From NCBI GenBank assembly GCA_029942545.1, contig GCA_029942545.1_4114.1: a stretch of 64,000 bases of DNA; one strand, written 5' to 3'. The translations under genes and the position numbers were made by a program. Below, in pieces: positions 7,679 through 15,954 of the stretch (position 1 is its first letter; every line of letters begins with the position of its first letter). Source of the stretch: a phage. A model generated the notes under the pieces. The model had not been told where the DNA came from. It did no database searches and saw nothing but the letters and a program-made list of their open reading frames with translations.

Positions 7679-7706
7679 TTGACAAAGTATATCAGTACTG
7701 TATAAT
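7679..7706 (+). promoter_or_regulatory. sigma70-type promoter (TTGACA-N16-TATAAT)
   Basis: -35 7679-7684, -10 7701-7706; hairpin 7719-7737. Confidence 0.6.
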
Positions 7707-7759
7707 AGTTTACATCAAGGGGAGAATAGCTCTCCCCACCAATAAAAGGAAACAAAATT

Positions 7760-8032
7760 ATGTCCAGCTACTCCGCTACTATGATTATTAAAGATATGAA
7801 CGGTAATCCTACTTCTGCTGGTGGATCATTTGGTAACATTAACTTAGATGGTCGGTTATCAATTGAATCAGCCATCAATGCCGCGAAAGAAGTTTTTAAG
7901 AATGAATGTACTGTAAGCAAGCTGGATTATATGGGCTTCGCTATCGAGAAAACTAATCGTTTTGTGGACTACAAAAAACCACTGATGATTGATACTAACC
8001 TGAAAGCAAACGAAGTGGAATACTTATTATGA
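7760..8032 (+). CDS. hypothetical protein (90 aa)
   Basis: ORF track; RBS AAAGGAAA. Confidence 0.6.
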   Translation: MSSYSATMIIKDMNGNPTSAGGSFGNINLDGRLSIESAINAAKEVFKNECTVSKLDYMGFAIEKTNRFVDYKKPLMIDTNLKANEVEYLL

Positions 8033-8220
8033 CAGTAGAAGAAGTTAAAAAAGTACTGGCAGTACTACGCTATCATAATCATTGTAAGGTGAAGAATGAT
8101 CCTGATTATCTTGATTCATCGCTGGAAGAGGATACACTACAAGCAATAAGCCATATGCAAAAAATGCTTAAGCGTATGACCGAAAAGAACAGGCCGGACT
8201 ATATCGGAAATAAAATTTAA
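8029..8220 (+). CDS. hypothetical protein (63 aa)
   Basis: ATGA overlap with upstream gene. Confidence 0.5.
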   Translation: MTVEEVKKVLAVLRYHNHCKVKNDPDYLDSSLEEDTLQAISHMQKMLKRMTEKNRPDYIGNKI

Positions 8221-8227
8221 AAAGTAC

Positions 8228-8255
8228 TTGCATTGTAAGTAAAACAAAGTATAAT
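8228..8255 (+). promoter_or_regulatory. sigma70-type promoter (TTGCAT-N16-TATAAT)
   Basis: -35 8228-8233, -10 8250-8255. Confidence 0.55.
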
Positions 8256-8303
8256 GTTTTGCATAGGGGGAGATATCCTCCCCCACTAATAAGGAGTACT
8301 AAA

Positions 8304-8528
8304 ATGGCTAACTTTGATGAACTGATGCGGGAAGTAGCTACCCTGGCAGAAGAGAAGAAATCATTTGATTCTATCTATAACACCGCTTACAGTGATTCAG
8401 TACTGGCATGTACTCAGGATCAAAAAGATGAACTGATCGCCACCTATCATGAAGCATGGAAGTACTACCGCCAATGGGAGAAAGAAGAAAGCGAGTCTAC
8501 CATCAACGGCATCAATAATCTAATCTAA
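8304..8528 (+). CDS. hypothetical protein (74 aa)
   Basis: ATG 8304 with RBS AAGGAG; track start 8259 falls in the leader hairpin. Confidence 0.55.
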   Translation: MANFDELMREVATLAEEKKSFDSIYNTAYSDSVLACTQDQKDELIATYHEAWKYYRQWEKEESESTINGINNLI

Positions 8529-8602
8529 AGTTTTATTTCAGTACTATTGACAATGCGTGATAGTACTGATGTGATAACTTTACTAACTAAAGGGGAAACA
8601 TA

Positions 8603-8860
8603 ATGGAACAGTTTAAAACGTATCGGGTAAATCCAATCGCTACAGCCTACGTAGAAGACCATAAAACATTACCAGTACAGACACCAATCAAAGGCCGTAT
8701 CTATCGTGCTATGCAGTGGAATAACGCCTATAATGGCTATAAAGCGGTAGCGGCTGCAATGTACTTAGGGGATGGCGAATGGTTTGATCCAAATAATCCT
8801 GGTGCACTCGATAGTACTGAACAAATGACATGGGCCGACTATATCGAAGATATTTCATAA
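8603..8860 (+). CDS. hypothetical protein (85 aa)
   Basis: ORF track; RBS AAGGGGAAA. Confidence 0.6.
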   Translation: MEQFKTYRVNPIATAYVEDHKTLPVQTPIKGRIYRAMQWNNAYNGYKAVAAAMYLGDGEWFDPNNPGALDSTEQMTWADYIEDIS

Positions 8861-8867
8861 AAACTAT

Positions 8868-8895
8868 TTGACAGTACTACAAGATAATGTATAAT
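8868..8895 (+). promoter_or_regulatory. sigma70-type promoter (TTGACA-N16-TATAAT)
   Basis: -35 8868-8873, -10 8890-8895. Confidence 0.55.
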
Positions 8896-8948
8896 GTTTT
8901 ACATAGAGCGGGGGAATAGTTCTCCCGCACCTTTAGGAGTAAAACATT

Positions 8949-9149
8949 ATGTCAATCGCTAACGAATTGGTTGCAGTACTGAATGAAGCAAAAGCCAACT
9001 GCATCGATGTACAGATCAAAGAGCTTGGCAATGGCTTGATCGGCTGTACTTGTACAGTGCAAACGGCTACCGATTATCGGGAAGTGGAATCACTCGAATC
9101 ACTGGTACGGTATATTAAAATCCTGGTAGAAGATTGGAGAATCATCTAA
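8949..9149 (+). CDS. hypothetical protein (66 aa)
   Basis: ORF track; RBS TAGGAG. Confidence 0.55.
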   Translation: MSIANELVAVLNEAKANCIDVQIKELGNGLIGCTCTVQTATDYREVESLESLVRYIKILVEDWRII

Positions 9150-9162
9150 CAAAAAAGAATAA

Positions 9163-9352
9163 AAAAAAGGGATTGACTCCGGTCAGTCCCTTTGCTATTA
9201 TATACGCATAGACAAAAACTAGCCCACAGGGTGCAGAGAAGTATCTATAAGATAGTTAATAACGGTGAGTAACTATCTGCTGGTGGATGTAATGCCAGTA
9301 CTCAAAACTATTTCAAAAAAGTATTGACAAAGTATATCAGTACTGAGATAAT
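9163..9352 (+). repeat. intergenic cassette R, copy 5
   Basis: hairpin GGGATTGAC-TCCG-GTCAGTCCC 9169-9190; box AGCCCACAGGGTGCA 9221-9235; promoter TTGACA-N17-GATAAT 9324-9352. Confidence 0.6.
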
Positions 9353-9406
9353 GTATCTCGTAGGGCGGCAATAGTGCAGCCCACCTCCAAAAGAGCGAGA
9401 TATAAA

Positions 9407-9622
9407 ATGGCGTTAACCAAACAAGAAATTATCGACCGTATCAAAGAGTCAACTGGCTGGTATGTTGGGGACCGTTTAATTGTTAAAGTTCTCGATTATT
9501 CAAATAATCCTCTTGCACCGGAACCAGTGGCATACAAATTATCCTGGATATCTGCGTTTAGCGGTAAGCGTGAAAGATGTGTGTACTATCCGAACACAGT
9601 CGGGCTACAGTTCTGTAAATAA
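9407..9622 (+). CDS. hypothetical protein (71 aa)
   Basis: ATG 9407 after leader; track start 9374 lies in the leader hairpin. Confidence 0.55.
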   Translation: MALTKQEIIDRIKESTGWYVGDRLIVKVLDYSNNPLAPEPVAYKLSWISAFSGKRERCVYYPNTVGLQFCK

Positions 9623-9640
9623 ATTTTAATAGAAAAAGTA

Positions 9641-9669
9641 TTGACAAAGTATATCAGTACTGCAATAAT
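9641..9669 (+). promoter_or_regulatory. sigma70-type promoter (TTGACA-N17-AATAAT), duplicate of 9324-9352
   Basis: promoter and leader (GTAGGGCGGCAAT...) duplicated for two consecutive genes. Confidence 0.5.
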
Positions 9670-9722
9670 GTATCTCGTAGGGCGGCAATGGTGCGACGGC
9701 CCACAAAGTTAGGAGATTCACC

Positions 9723-10049
9723 ATGAGTACTTCAATCGCTATCGTTAAAGCTTTCATCCGTACCAATTTCGACCGCATTACTGTTGATGGTAATGATCGG
9801 GAAGTAGAATACTCTTTCATTGTTGCACAAACCGCAAACGGTGCACGCTATATCTTAAACGATAGTGAAGCTAACCACTACTTCTATAATAAAGGATTAC
9901 ACTACATCCCTAGCGAAGTAGTCTACAGTAAGATGAATAAGCTGGTAGACAAGATTAACGCTAAAGGTACTATCGATTTACAGTACTGGACCGAAACCGA
10001 TCCAGAATACGGATCACATCGTTACCTGAATCCAGGAATTAAAATGTAA
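9723..10049 (+). CDS. hypothetical protein (108 aa)
   Basis: ORF track; RBS AGGAG. Confidence 0.6.
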   Translation: MSTSIAIVKAFIRTNFDRITVDGNDREVEYSFIVAQTANGARYILNDSEANHYFYNKGLHYIPSEVVYSKMNKLVDKINAKGTIDLQYWTETDPEYGSHRYLNPGIKM

Positions 10050-10056
10050 AAAGTAC

Positions 10057-10084
10057 TTGCATTGTACTTAGAATCAAGTATAAT
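10057..10084 (+). promoter_or_regulatory. sigma70-type promoter (TTGCAT-N16-TATAAT)
   Basis: -35 10057-10062, -10 10079-10084; leader hairpin follows. Confidence 0.55.
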
Positions 10085-10138
10085 GTTTTACATAGAGAGG
10101 GGGAAATGGTTCTCCCTCCTAAATTAAGGAGTTTTATC

Positions 10139-10540
10139 ATGACCTTCTCAATCACTTCCTTCGCTGACGTTTTAGTACTGGCTCGGACTTTTGGTAAAGA
10201 TGCACTGGAGTACGCTGTAAGTAATGGTACTCTCCAACCGGAACAATGCCGCATCATTGGAAACTGCAAACGTTGGGCGGTATCCAATACTATTGCACTA
10301 GAAAACTTCAACGATGGTAACAATGAGTATTCAGTTGATGCAGTATTCGAAGCCGTTGATCTTGGCGGTATCTATAACACTAACCTAAATGATGTGCGTA
10401 TCGTTCGCACGGGGTTCGGTGCTTATGATGTATCTATCCGTGAAGCTATGAACACCGGATACATTAGTAAGGACTTACTTGCTCACATCATGCAGCTATG
10501 GACGGAACGTAACGAAGCACGCACTATCTTAGGACTATAA
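10139..10540 (+). CDS. hypothetical protein (133 aa)
   Basis: ATG 10139 with RBS AAGGAG; track start 10106 is inside the leader hairpin. Confidence 0.6.
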   Translation: MTFSITSFADVLVLARTFGKDALEYAVSNGTLQPEQCRIIGNCKRWAVSNTIALENFNDGNNEYSVDAVFEAVDLGGIYNTNLNDVRIVRTGFGAYDVSIREAMNTGYISKDLLAHIMQLWTERNEARTILGL

Positions 10541-10564
10541 GCATTACACATCACCAAACATCAT

Positions 10565-10584
10565 AGGCCGCTCTCTAGCGGCCT
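10565..10584 (+). terminator. hairpin, possible terminator or 3' stabiliser
   Basis: AGGCCGCT-CTCT-AGCGGCCT perfect 8-bp stem; weak U tract. Confidence 0.4.
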
Positions 10585-10608
10585 TAACTATATCAGGAGG
10601 GCATACAT

Positions 10609-10818
10609 ATGTTCTATACAGTATACAGCGTTCTAGGTACGATTGCTGGCGTACATGATAATGTCAGTGATGCTATGCGTACAGTACTGCAACAGGTTCC
10701 ACTAAAGCCTAAGACCATTAAGCAGATGACAGCACGACTAACCAGGGCGACGGCTGGCGTGGAAGTATGGCAGGACTATGGGGATACACAGATAATCGTA
10801 AGCGTAACGAAGGATTAA
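10609..10818 (+). CDS. hypothetical protein (69 aa)
   Basis: ORF track; RBS AGGAGG. Confidence 0.55.
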   Translation: MFYTVYSVLGTIAGVHDNVSDAMRTVLQQVPLKPKTIKQMTARLTRATAGVEVWQDYGDTQIIVSVTKD

Positions 10819-11067
10819 TGCGTAAAAGGATTTAGTACTGATTCAGAAAAAAGTCAAGGCGTTTTTAAAATTATGCGTTAAAAAAATGCATAGGTAATCC
10901 CTTGACTTTTTTGAAATAAAAGGGATTGGACTATGGCAAAATGCGTAGGGGGCTAAAGGGCGGGTAACCTTAGCGACTTCGATAAAGGGGTATTACGAAT
11001 AAAATGTTATTGACTTTTTATATGAATCGTATAAAATATGATCGATAATAATTTTAAGGGAGTCCCT
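10817..11067 (+). promoter_or_regulatory. non-coding junction with iteron-like ATGCGT(A/T) repeats and a 13-bp inverted repeat
   Basis: ATGCGTA at 10818, 10941, 11068 and ATGCGTT at 10873; AAAAAAGTCAAGG 10847-10859 is the reverse complement of 10900-10912. Confidence 0.4.
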
Positions 11068-11265
11068 ATGCGTATTTTAACTAAAGAACAGCACCACGAA
11101 AGACTTATCAATAACATGGCTATGATAATGTATAAGTCCCATGACCGTGGTATTGCCTATAAGCGTGAATTAATTATGGCACTATTCATTGGAACTAACT
11201 TTCAGGAAAGGTATGTCAACGATTGGATTTGGTATTTAATTGAAGATATAACGAGTAAACTATGA
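11068..11265 (+). CDS. family A small paralog (LGTNYQ-motif protein)
   Basis: motif FIGTNFQERYV; RBS AAGGGA; first member of the tandem array. Confidence 0.65.
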   Translation: MRILTKEQHHERLINNMAMIMYKSHDRGIAYKRELIMALFIGTNFQERYVNDWIWYLIEDITSKL

Positions 11266-11462
11266 AAATGCGTATTTTAAATAAAGAAGAATATCAATCA
11301 CTGTTACGTAAAAACTTCACAAAGATTTATAATACAGACACACACGTAGAACGAATGGAGTTATACCTTTTGATTACATTGGGAACAAACTATCAGGGTA
11401 GATGGGTGTGGCAATATATGGATACATTGAAAAATAAAATATTGTCCACGAGGAAACAATGA
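11262..11462 (+). CDS. family A small paralog
   Basis: motif LGTNYQGRWV; ATGA overlap. Confidence 0.65.
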   Translation: MKMRILNKEEYQSLLRKNFTKIYNTDTHVERMELYLLITLGTNYQGRWVWQYMDTLKNKILSTRKQ

Positions 11463-11668
11463 AAACTATAACACGAACCCAATCATACGGTCTTATCTTG
11501 AAATACATGGACTTAATGGTGGATATCAGCAAAGACCTGCCTAAAACTGAAATTGAAGTTGCAAGAGCAGAGATCCGCATGTTGGCTGTACTGAACACAA
11601 ACCATCAGGAAGATTATGTTGAAGAATGGATTCGATTTTTAATTCAAGATATAAAGAGTAAATTATGA
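11459..11668 (+). CDS. family A small paralog
   Basis: motif LNTNHQEDYV; ATGA overlap. Confidence 0.65.
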   Translation: MKTITRTQSYGLILKYMDLMVDISKDLPKTEIEVARAEIRMLAVLNTNHQEDYVEEWIRFLIQDIKSKL

Positions 11669-11880
11669 TTATTATAGAAAACTCATATCAATATACTGAA
11701 CGCATCGCTGCCAGACAACTTGAAATCCTCATAATATACGAAGAGACTTCTGATTTAAACTTAGCCGAGGTATTGGAAAATGAAATACTTTTGGGTGCAT
11801 TCTTGGGAACAGACTATCAGGAGTATTATGAGGAAAAGTATTTGTCATCTCTTGAGAAATACATCAGGAGCAAATTATGA
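11665..11880 (+). CDS. family A small paralog
   Basis: motif LGTDYQEYYE; ATGA overlap. Confidence 0.65.
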   Translation: MIIIENSYQYTERIAARQLEILIIYEETSDLNLAEVLENEILLGAFLGTDYQEYYEEKYLSSLEKYIRSKL

Positions 11881-12089
11881 TTATATTAACACCTGAAGAA
11901 TATAAGAAACGTTTTAATTCTGTCCAGACTGAAATATTACTTATATACCTTTCAAATGCAGACCTTAACTTATCAAGGGCAATGGAGAAGGATTTACTTA
12001 TGGGTGCATTTTTGGATACAGACTTTCAGGTGTATTATGTAGGGGAATACTTAATTGCACTCCAGAATTACATTAGGAGTAAACTATGA
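11877..12089 (+). CDS. family A small paralog
   Basis: motif LDTDFQVYYV; ATGA overlap. Confidence 0.65.
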   Translation: MIILTPEEYKKRFNSVQTEILLIYLSNADLNLSRAMEKDLLMGAFLDTDFQVYYVGEYLIALQNYIRSKL

Positions 12090-12304
12090 AACATTTAAGT
12101 AATATTGAGAAGATGAGAATTATCATTGATGCATTAAACAAATACGATACCCTTTTACAAATAAAAGGTTTAACTCGATTGGAACACAAGATAAACACCA
12201 CCGATGTACGCATGTTGGCTGTACTGGGGACGAACTTTCAGGAAGAGTATGTTGTTGCACACATAGTTGCCCTCACTGATCTAATAAGGGACAAATGTAA
12301 ATGA
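12086..12304 (+). CDS. family A small paralog
   Basis: motif LGTNFQEEYV; ATGA overlap. Confidence 0.65.
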   Translation: MKHLSNIEKMRIIIDALNKYDTLLQIKGLTRLEHKINTTDVRMLAVLGTNFQEEYVVAHIVALTDLIRDKCK

Positions 12305-12558
12305 AACACTTAACTGATGATGAATTTGAAACTATAATTCGTAAACTAACCCCCATCACAAGGATAGTCTACGGTGACCCCAGCCTTACATGGAACCAAA
12401 TGCGAGCTAAAGTTAATGAGCTATGGTTGCTGTACTTTATGGGGACTCAATATCAAGATAAGTTTTGCACAGAATATATCGAACAATTAACGAATGTTAT
12501 ACAGGATAAACTAGATGATTATTTGCTCACAAAACATGAAGACTTTATCAGGAGTTGA
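12301..12558 (+). CDS. family A small paralog
   Basis: motif MGTQYQDKF; ATGA overlap. Confidence 0.65.
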   Translation: MKHLTDDEFETIIRKLTPITRIVYGDPSLTWNQMRAKVNELWLLYFMGTQYQDKFCTEYIEQLTNVIQDKLDDYLLTKHEDFIRS

Positions 12559-12787
12559 GTATCAAACTGCCCTATTCTCTTTAATCCATACCCTTAGAAA
12601 AAACAATGCCTTACATGGTGCACCTGAAGTGGATGTTATCAACGGTGAACTTTATCTTATGAAATTCATTGGAACAAACTATCAAGATCTGTTCATTCAA
12701 CGATACTTATCCGCATTAAGAAACCAAATCCAATATAAAACCATCAAGGCCAAAAAAGAATGGAATAAACAATGCGACACAGACTAA
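12536..12787 (+). CDS. family A small paralog
   Basis: motif IGTNYQDLF; start uncertain (12515 or 12536), overlaps upstream gene. Confidence 0.55.
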   Translation: MKTLSGVEYQTALFSLIHTLRKNNALHGAPEVDVINGELYLMKFIGTNYQDLFIQRYLSALRNQIQYKTIKAKKEWNKQCDTD

Positions 12788-13020
12788 ATCACAAAATGTA
12801 TTGTAAACTATTGCAGACACTGGCACAGAAACACTATGACACGGTATCTGAAATATTACCCTATGATATCATGCGTTTACTTCACTGTGAGGCCGAGATG
12901 CTTGTACTGATGACAGGCACTGATAAAACAGCAATCGCCAGATCGATAGAGCAATATATTGATGCACACTGCCAACACATGAGAACCGAAATCTGGAGGA
13001 AAGAGAATGATAATTCTTAA
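12772..13020 (+). CDS. family A small paralog (divergent)
   Basis: same size and position in array; motif degenerate (MTGTDKTAIA). Confidence 0.55.
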   Translation: MRHRLNHKMYCKLLQTLAQKHYDTVSEILPYDIMRLLHCEAEMLVLMTGTDKTAIARSIEQYIDAHCQHMRTEIWRKENDNS

Positions 13021-13222
13021 TGAGTATCAGTATCATTGGAGGTTACAAACTATCAAATCAAAAGTGTATAGTATTGTGTTAAACAAATCTATTGCACAAG
13101 AGGACAAATGTGTTATAATAGCTGAAATGAAGTTGGGTGTATTCGTAGGGACAAACTATCAAAACATCTACACTGACGTATTATTAAGTTCCTTACGTAA
13201 CAAGGTGGTATCCAAAATATGA
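13007..13222 (+). CDS. family A small paralog
   Basis: motif VGTNYQNIY. Confidence 0.65.
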   Translation: MIILNEYQYHWRLQTIKSKVYSIVLNKSIAQEDKCVIIAEMKLGVFVGTNYQNIYTDVLLSSLRNKVVSKI

Positions 13223-13437
13223 GAAATTTACAAGGCTTTGAATACATCAGACTCCTGAAAACATGTGGAAGGAGAAGGAGAATGATATCAAGCGATAAGA
13301 GCATCCAAGCTAACCTTAAGCACGCACTAGTAACTGAACTCTATGTAGGTGCACTCTTAGGCACAAACTATCAACAAATGTATGTAGAACTATGGATTGA
13401 CGCTCTACAGAAAGAGGTTAAAAGTAAATGCAAATGA
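13219..13437 (+). CDS. family A small paralog
   Basis: motif LGTNYQQMYV; ATGA overlap. Confidence 0.65.
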   Translation: MRNLQGFEYIRLLKTCGRRRRMISSDKSIQANLKHALVTELYVGALLGTNYQQMYVELWIDALQKEVKSKCK

Positions 13438-13646
13438 TTAATTTAAGTAAAGACGAATTTTATGTTATACTGGCGAAAACTTATCCAGCACGTAAGGCCG
13501 TTTATGATAGTCACATTATTGAACCCTCAAAGAAGTTGATTTTAGTAAATGAGATAAAGATGCTTTCAGTCTTAGGAACAAACTATCAAGAGAATGCTGT
13601 ACTGATGTTAATTGATGCCCTCCAGCGAGAGGTTAAACGTAAATGA
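13428..13646 (+). CDS. family A small paralog
   Basis: motif LGTNYQENAV. Confidence 0.65.
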   Translation: MQMINLSKDEFYVILAKTYPARKAVYDSHIIEPSKKLILVNEIKMLSVLGTNYQENAVLMLIDALQREVKRK

Positions 13647-13873
13647 AAATGATTAATTTAACTTACCATGAATATCAAAAACGTTTAAATGCATCCAGAG
13701 ATATAAGGATTCAAATATTCAATAACAAAAGATTGAAGCCTGATATCAGGAAAATCAAAATCATAGAAGCCGTGTTGTGCAACTTCCTAGGGACTAACTA
13801 TCAGGAAGGTAAGGTAGAAAACTATCTTATAGAACTCATGAATAGTATTGAAAATAAATGTAAGGGTAATTAA
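13643..13873 (+). CDS. family A small paralog
   Basis: motif LGTNYQEGKV; ATGA overlap. Confidence 0.65.
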   Translation: MKMINLTYHEYQKRLNASRDIRIQIFNNKRLKPDIRKIKIIEAVLCNFLGTNYQEGKVENYLIELMNSIENKCKGN

Positions 13874-13874
13874 C

Positions 13875-14114
13875 ATGAAAATGATTAAATTATCTCAAGC
13901 AAAATATAAAGAACGCCTGGTGAAAATTGCACCTGGACTTAATGAAATCCATCACGGAGAAGTCATTAAACACGGAAATAAGATGATTAAGAAACTTGAG
14001 TTAAAGGTGGGTGCATTCATAGGAACAAACTATCAGGAGTATTATGTAGATGAATACATAATCGCACTTAAGAGATACATTGGAAGAAAACTATATCTAC
14101 AAACTAAAGAATAG
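13875..14114 (+). CDS. family A small paralog
   Basis: motif IGTNYQEYYV; ATG 13875 chosen by homology (MKMIKL); track start 13848 is upstream. Confidence 0.6.
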   Translation: MKMIKLSQAKYKERLVKIAPGLNEIHHGEVIKHGNKMIKKLELKVGAFIGTNYQEYYVDEYIIALKRYIGRKLYLQTKE

Positions 14115-14137
14115 TATTGAAAATAAATGTGAGGTTG

Positions 14138-14407
14138 ATGAACATGCAAATGATCAATTTAAGTAAAGATGAATATACCGAGCGTATGACAAAAATTACG
14201 CACAAACGTAATACAATCTATCACAACCCAGAAATTCAACACAGTAAGAAAATGATTATGATGCGTGAGTTAAAGATGGGTGTATTCTTAGGAACAAACT
14301 ATCAAGATACAGAAGTAAATCGCTTAATCGCGGAGTTACTACTGGAAATCAGAGGTAAGCTGTACTTTCATCAAATGACCCAACCACTGAGGTGTACTAA
14401 GAAATGA
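14138..14407 (+). CDS. family A small paralog
   Basis: motif LGTNYQDTEV; GAGGT RBS 8 nt before ATG 14138 (alternative 14144); track start 14117 is TTG. Confidence 0.6.
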   Translation: MNMQMINLSKDEYTERMTKITHKRNTIYHNPEIQHSKKMIMMRELKMGVFLGTNYQDTEVNRLIAELLLEIRGKLYFHQMTQPLRCTKK

Positions 14408-14619
14408 TCAACATCACATTGCAAGAAAGATTCATCCGAATCAACTATGCAATTACCAAATTAGATGCTACTATAGGATTCCAAAGTCTACCATACAAAA
14501 CCAGATTGTTATTAGAGTGTGAAGCTAAGTTGGGTGTACTGTTAGGGACGCAACACCAACAACGATATGTGGAAATCTGGATTGACCTTTTAACCCAAAA
14601 TATATATGAGAGAATGTAA
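14404..14619 (+). CDS. family A small paralog
   Basis: motif LGTQHQQRYV; ATGA overlap. Confidence 0.65.
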   Translation: MINITLQERFIRINYAITKLDATIGFQSLPYKTRLLLECEAKLGVLLGTQHQQRYVEIWIDLLTQNIYERM

Positions 14620-14850
14620 ATGCAAAATGAAATGATATACTTAACGAATGAAGAATTTCAAGAGAAGATGTTAAAAACCAAAAACATTACTCTTAAGTTC
14701 GTTCCAAATCAATCAATATCTGAAGTATCTGCAAATGTATTGTTTCAGAAGCTACCATACGTTCTTGGAACTGATAAACAAGAATTTATGGTTCAAAATA
14801 TGATTGAACATCTTATAATGAGTATTAAGGAAAAAGTTAATGCAAAATGA
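14620..14850 (+). CDS. family A small paralog
   Basis: motif LGTDKQEFMV. Confidence 0.65.
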   Translation: MQNEMIYLTNEEFQEKMLKTKNITLKFVPNQSISEVSANVLFQKLPYVLGTDKQEFMVQNMIEHLIMSIKEKVNAK

Positions 14851-15094
14851 AATGATATACTTAACCTATAATGAATACGTCGAGAGATTAGTTCGTGCCA
14901 AGAGATATACCAATAAACGTCCAATTGACCTAAACCAAACCCCAGCAGAAAGGAGTGCAGAAGTATTATTCCAATCACTACCATATCTTCTGGGAACTGA
15001 TAGACAAGAGGAATATGTTGCACGTATGATTAGATATCTTAAAATCACTATTAAGGAAAAAGTAAATGCAAATGAAATACTTAACAGACGATGA
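14840..15094 (+). CDS. family A small paralog
   Basis: motif LGTDRQEEYV; N-terminus MQNEMIYLT duplicated from the previous gene. Confidence 0.65.
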   Translation: MQNEMIYLTYNEYVERLVRAKRYTNKRPIDLNQTPAERSAEVLFQSLPYLLGTDRQEEYVARMIRYLKITIKEKVNANEILNRR

Positions 15095-15317
15095 GTTAAA
15101 AGAACGACTAATTAAATCAAGAAAACATACAAATCAACTTCCAAACGACACAAACAAGTCTCCAGCGGAAAGGAGTGCAGAAGTTTTATACATTCAACTC
15201 ATGTACTTTCTTGGCACTGACAGACAAGAGTATTACATTGAAAGTATGCTTCGATATCTTAAATTCTCTATAAAGGAAAAGATACATGATCAAGTATTTA
15301 AAAATCCTAACAGTTAA
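15066..15317 (+). CDS. family A small paralog
   Basis: motif LGTDRQEYYI. Confidence 0.65.
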   Translation: MQMKYLTDDELKERLIKSRKHTNQLPNDTNKSPAERSAEVLYIQLMYFLGTDRQEYYIESMLRYLKFSIKEKIHDQVFKNPNS

Positions 15318-15528
15318 TGAATATCATAAGATTGTAATGAAAACTAATAGTGATTACGCTAAAAAATCAAACCCAAAGTACATACTGGAACACACATTTG
15401 AAGAACGTCAATTAGCTTTAGTTGAAGCAAAACTTCTTGCACTATTAGGAACAAACTATCAGGAAGAATACAATAGAAAACTAATATACCTTTTAACTAA
15501 ACATATAAGAAAAAGAAAAAATGCATGA
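15286..15528 (+). CDS. family A small paralog
   Basis: motif LGTNYQEEYN. Confidence 0.65.
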   Translation: MIKYLKILTVNEYHKIVMKTNSDYAKKSNPKYILEHTFEERQLALVEAKLLALLGTNYQEEYNRKLIYLLTKHIRKRKNA

Positions 15529-15755
15529 AACACTTGACAGATGATGAACATGGGCTTATAGTAATGGATGTAATCAACATCGAATACAAAAAGTTGATAC
15601 GCTATCGTTGTTATGAAGATAAGCAACTCGTTCTAGCAGAACAGAAGTTGTTTCGACTCTTAAACACAAACTTCCAAGCACAATACGAAGAATCGTATAT
15701 GTACCTTTTGGCGAGGAAAGCAAAAAGAGATTATGAAAATTTTAAGCAAAGGTGA
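15525..15755 (+). CDS. family A small paralog
   Basis: motif LNTNFQAQYE; ATGA overlap. Confidence 0.65.
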   Translation: MKHLTDDEHGLIVMDVINIEYKKLIRYRCYEDKQLVLAEQKLFRLLNTNFQAQYEESYMYLLARKAKRDYENFKQR

Positions 15756-15954
15756 TTCAGTAATATTACTTATAGAGAGTTCAAGTAAATTCTTAAACAT
15801 AACACTGTCTGATATAGATGAAGATGATAAAGAAGTACTGAGAGCAGATTTAAGAGTACTGTTACATATCGGAACAAACCTACAAGAAGAATATGTAGAG
15901 TGCTACATCAATGAACTTAAAGAATCAGTACTGAGAAAATGCAAATGCAAATGA
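15733..15954 (+). CDS. family A small paralog
   Basis: motif IGTNLQEEYV. Confidence 0.65.
   Translation: MKILSKGDSVILLIESSSKFLNITLSDIDEDDKEVLRADLRVLLHIGTNLQEEYVECYINELKESVLRKCKCK

Noticed and set aside
8547-8578. Promoter upstream of gene 8603 (TTGACA at 8547-8552)
   Set aside because: No acceptable -10 hexamer at 16-18 bp spacing (candidates at 14 or 20 bp only), so it was left unannotated.
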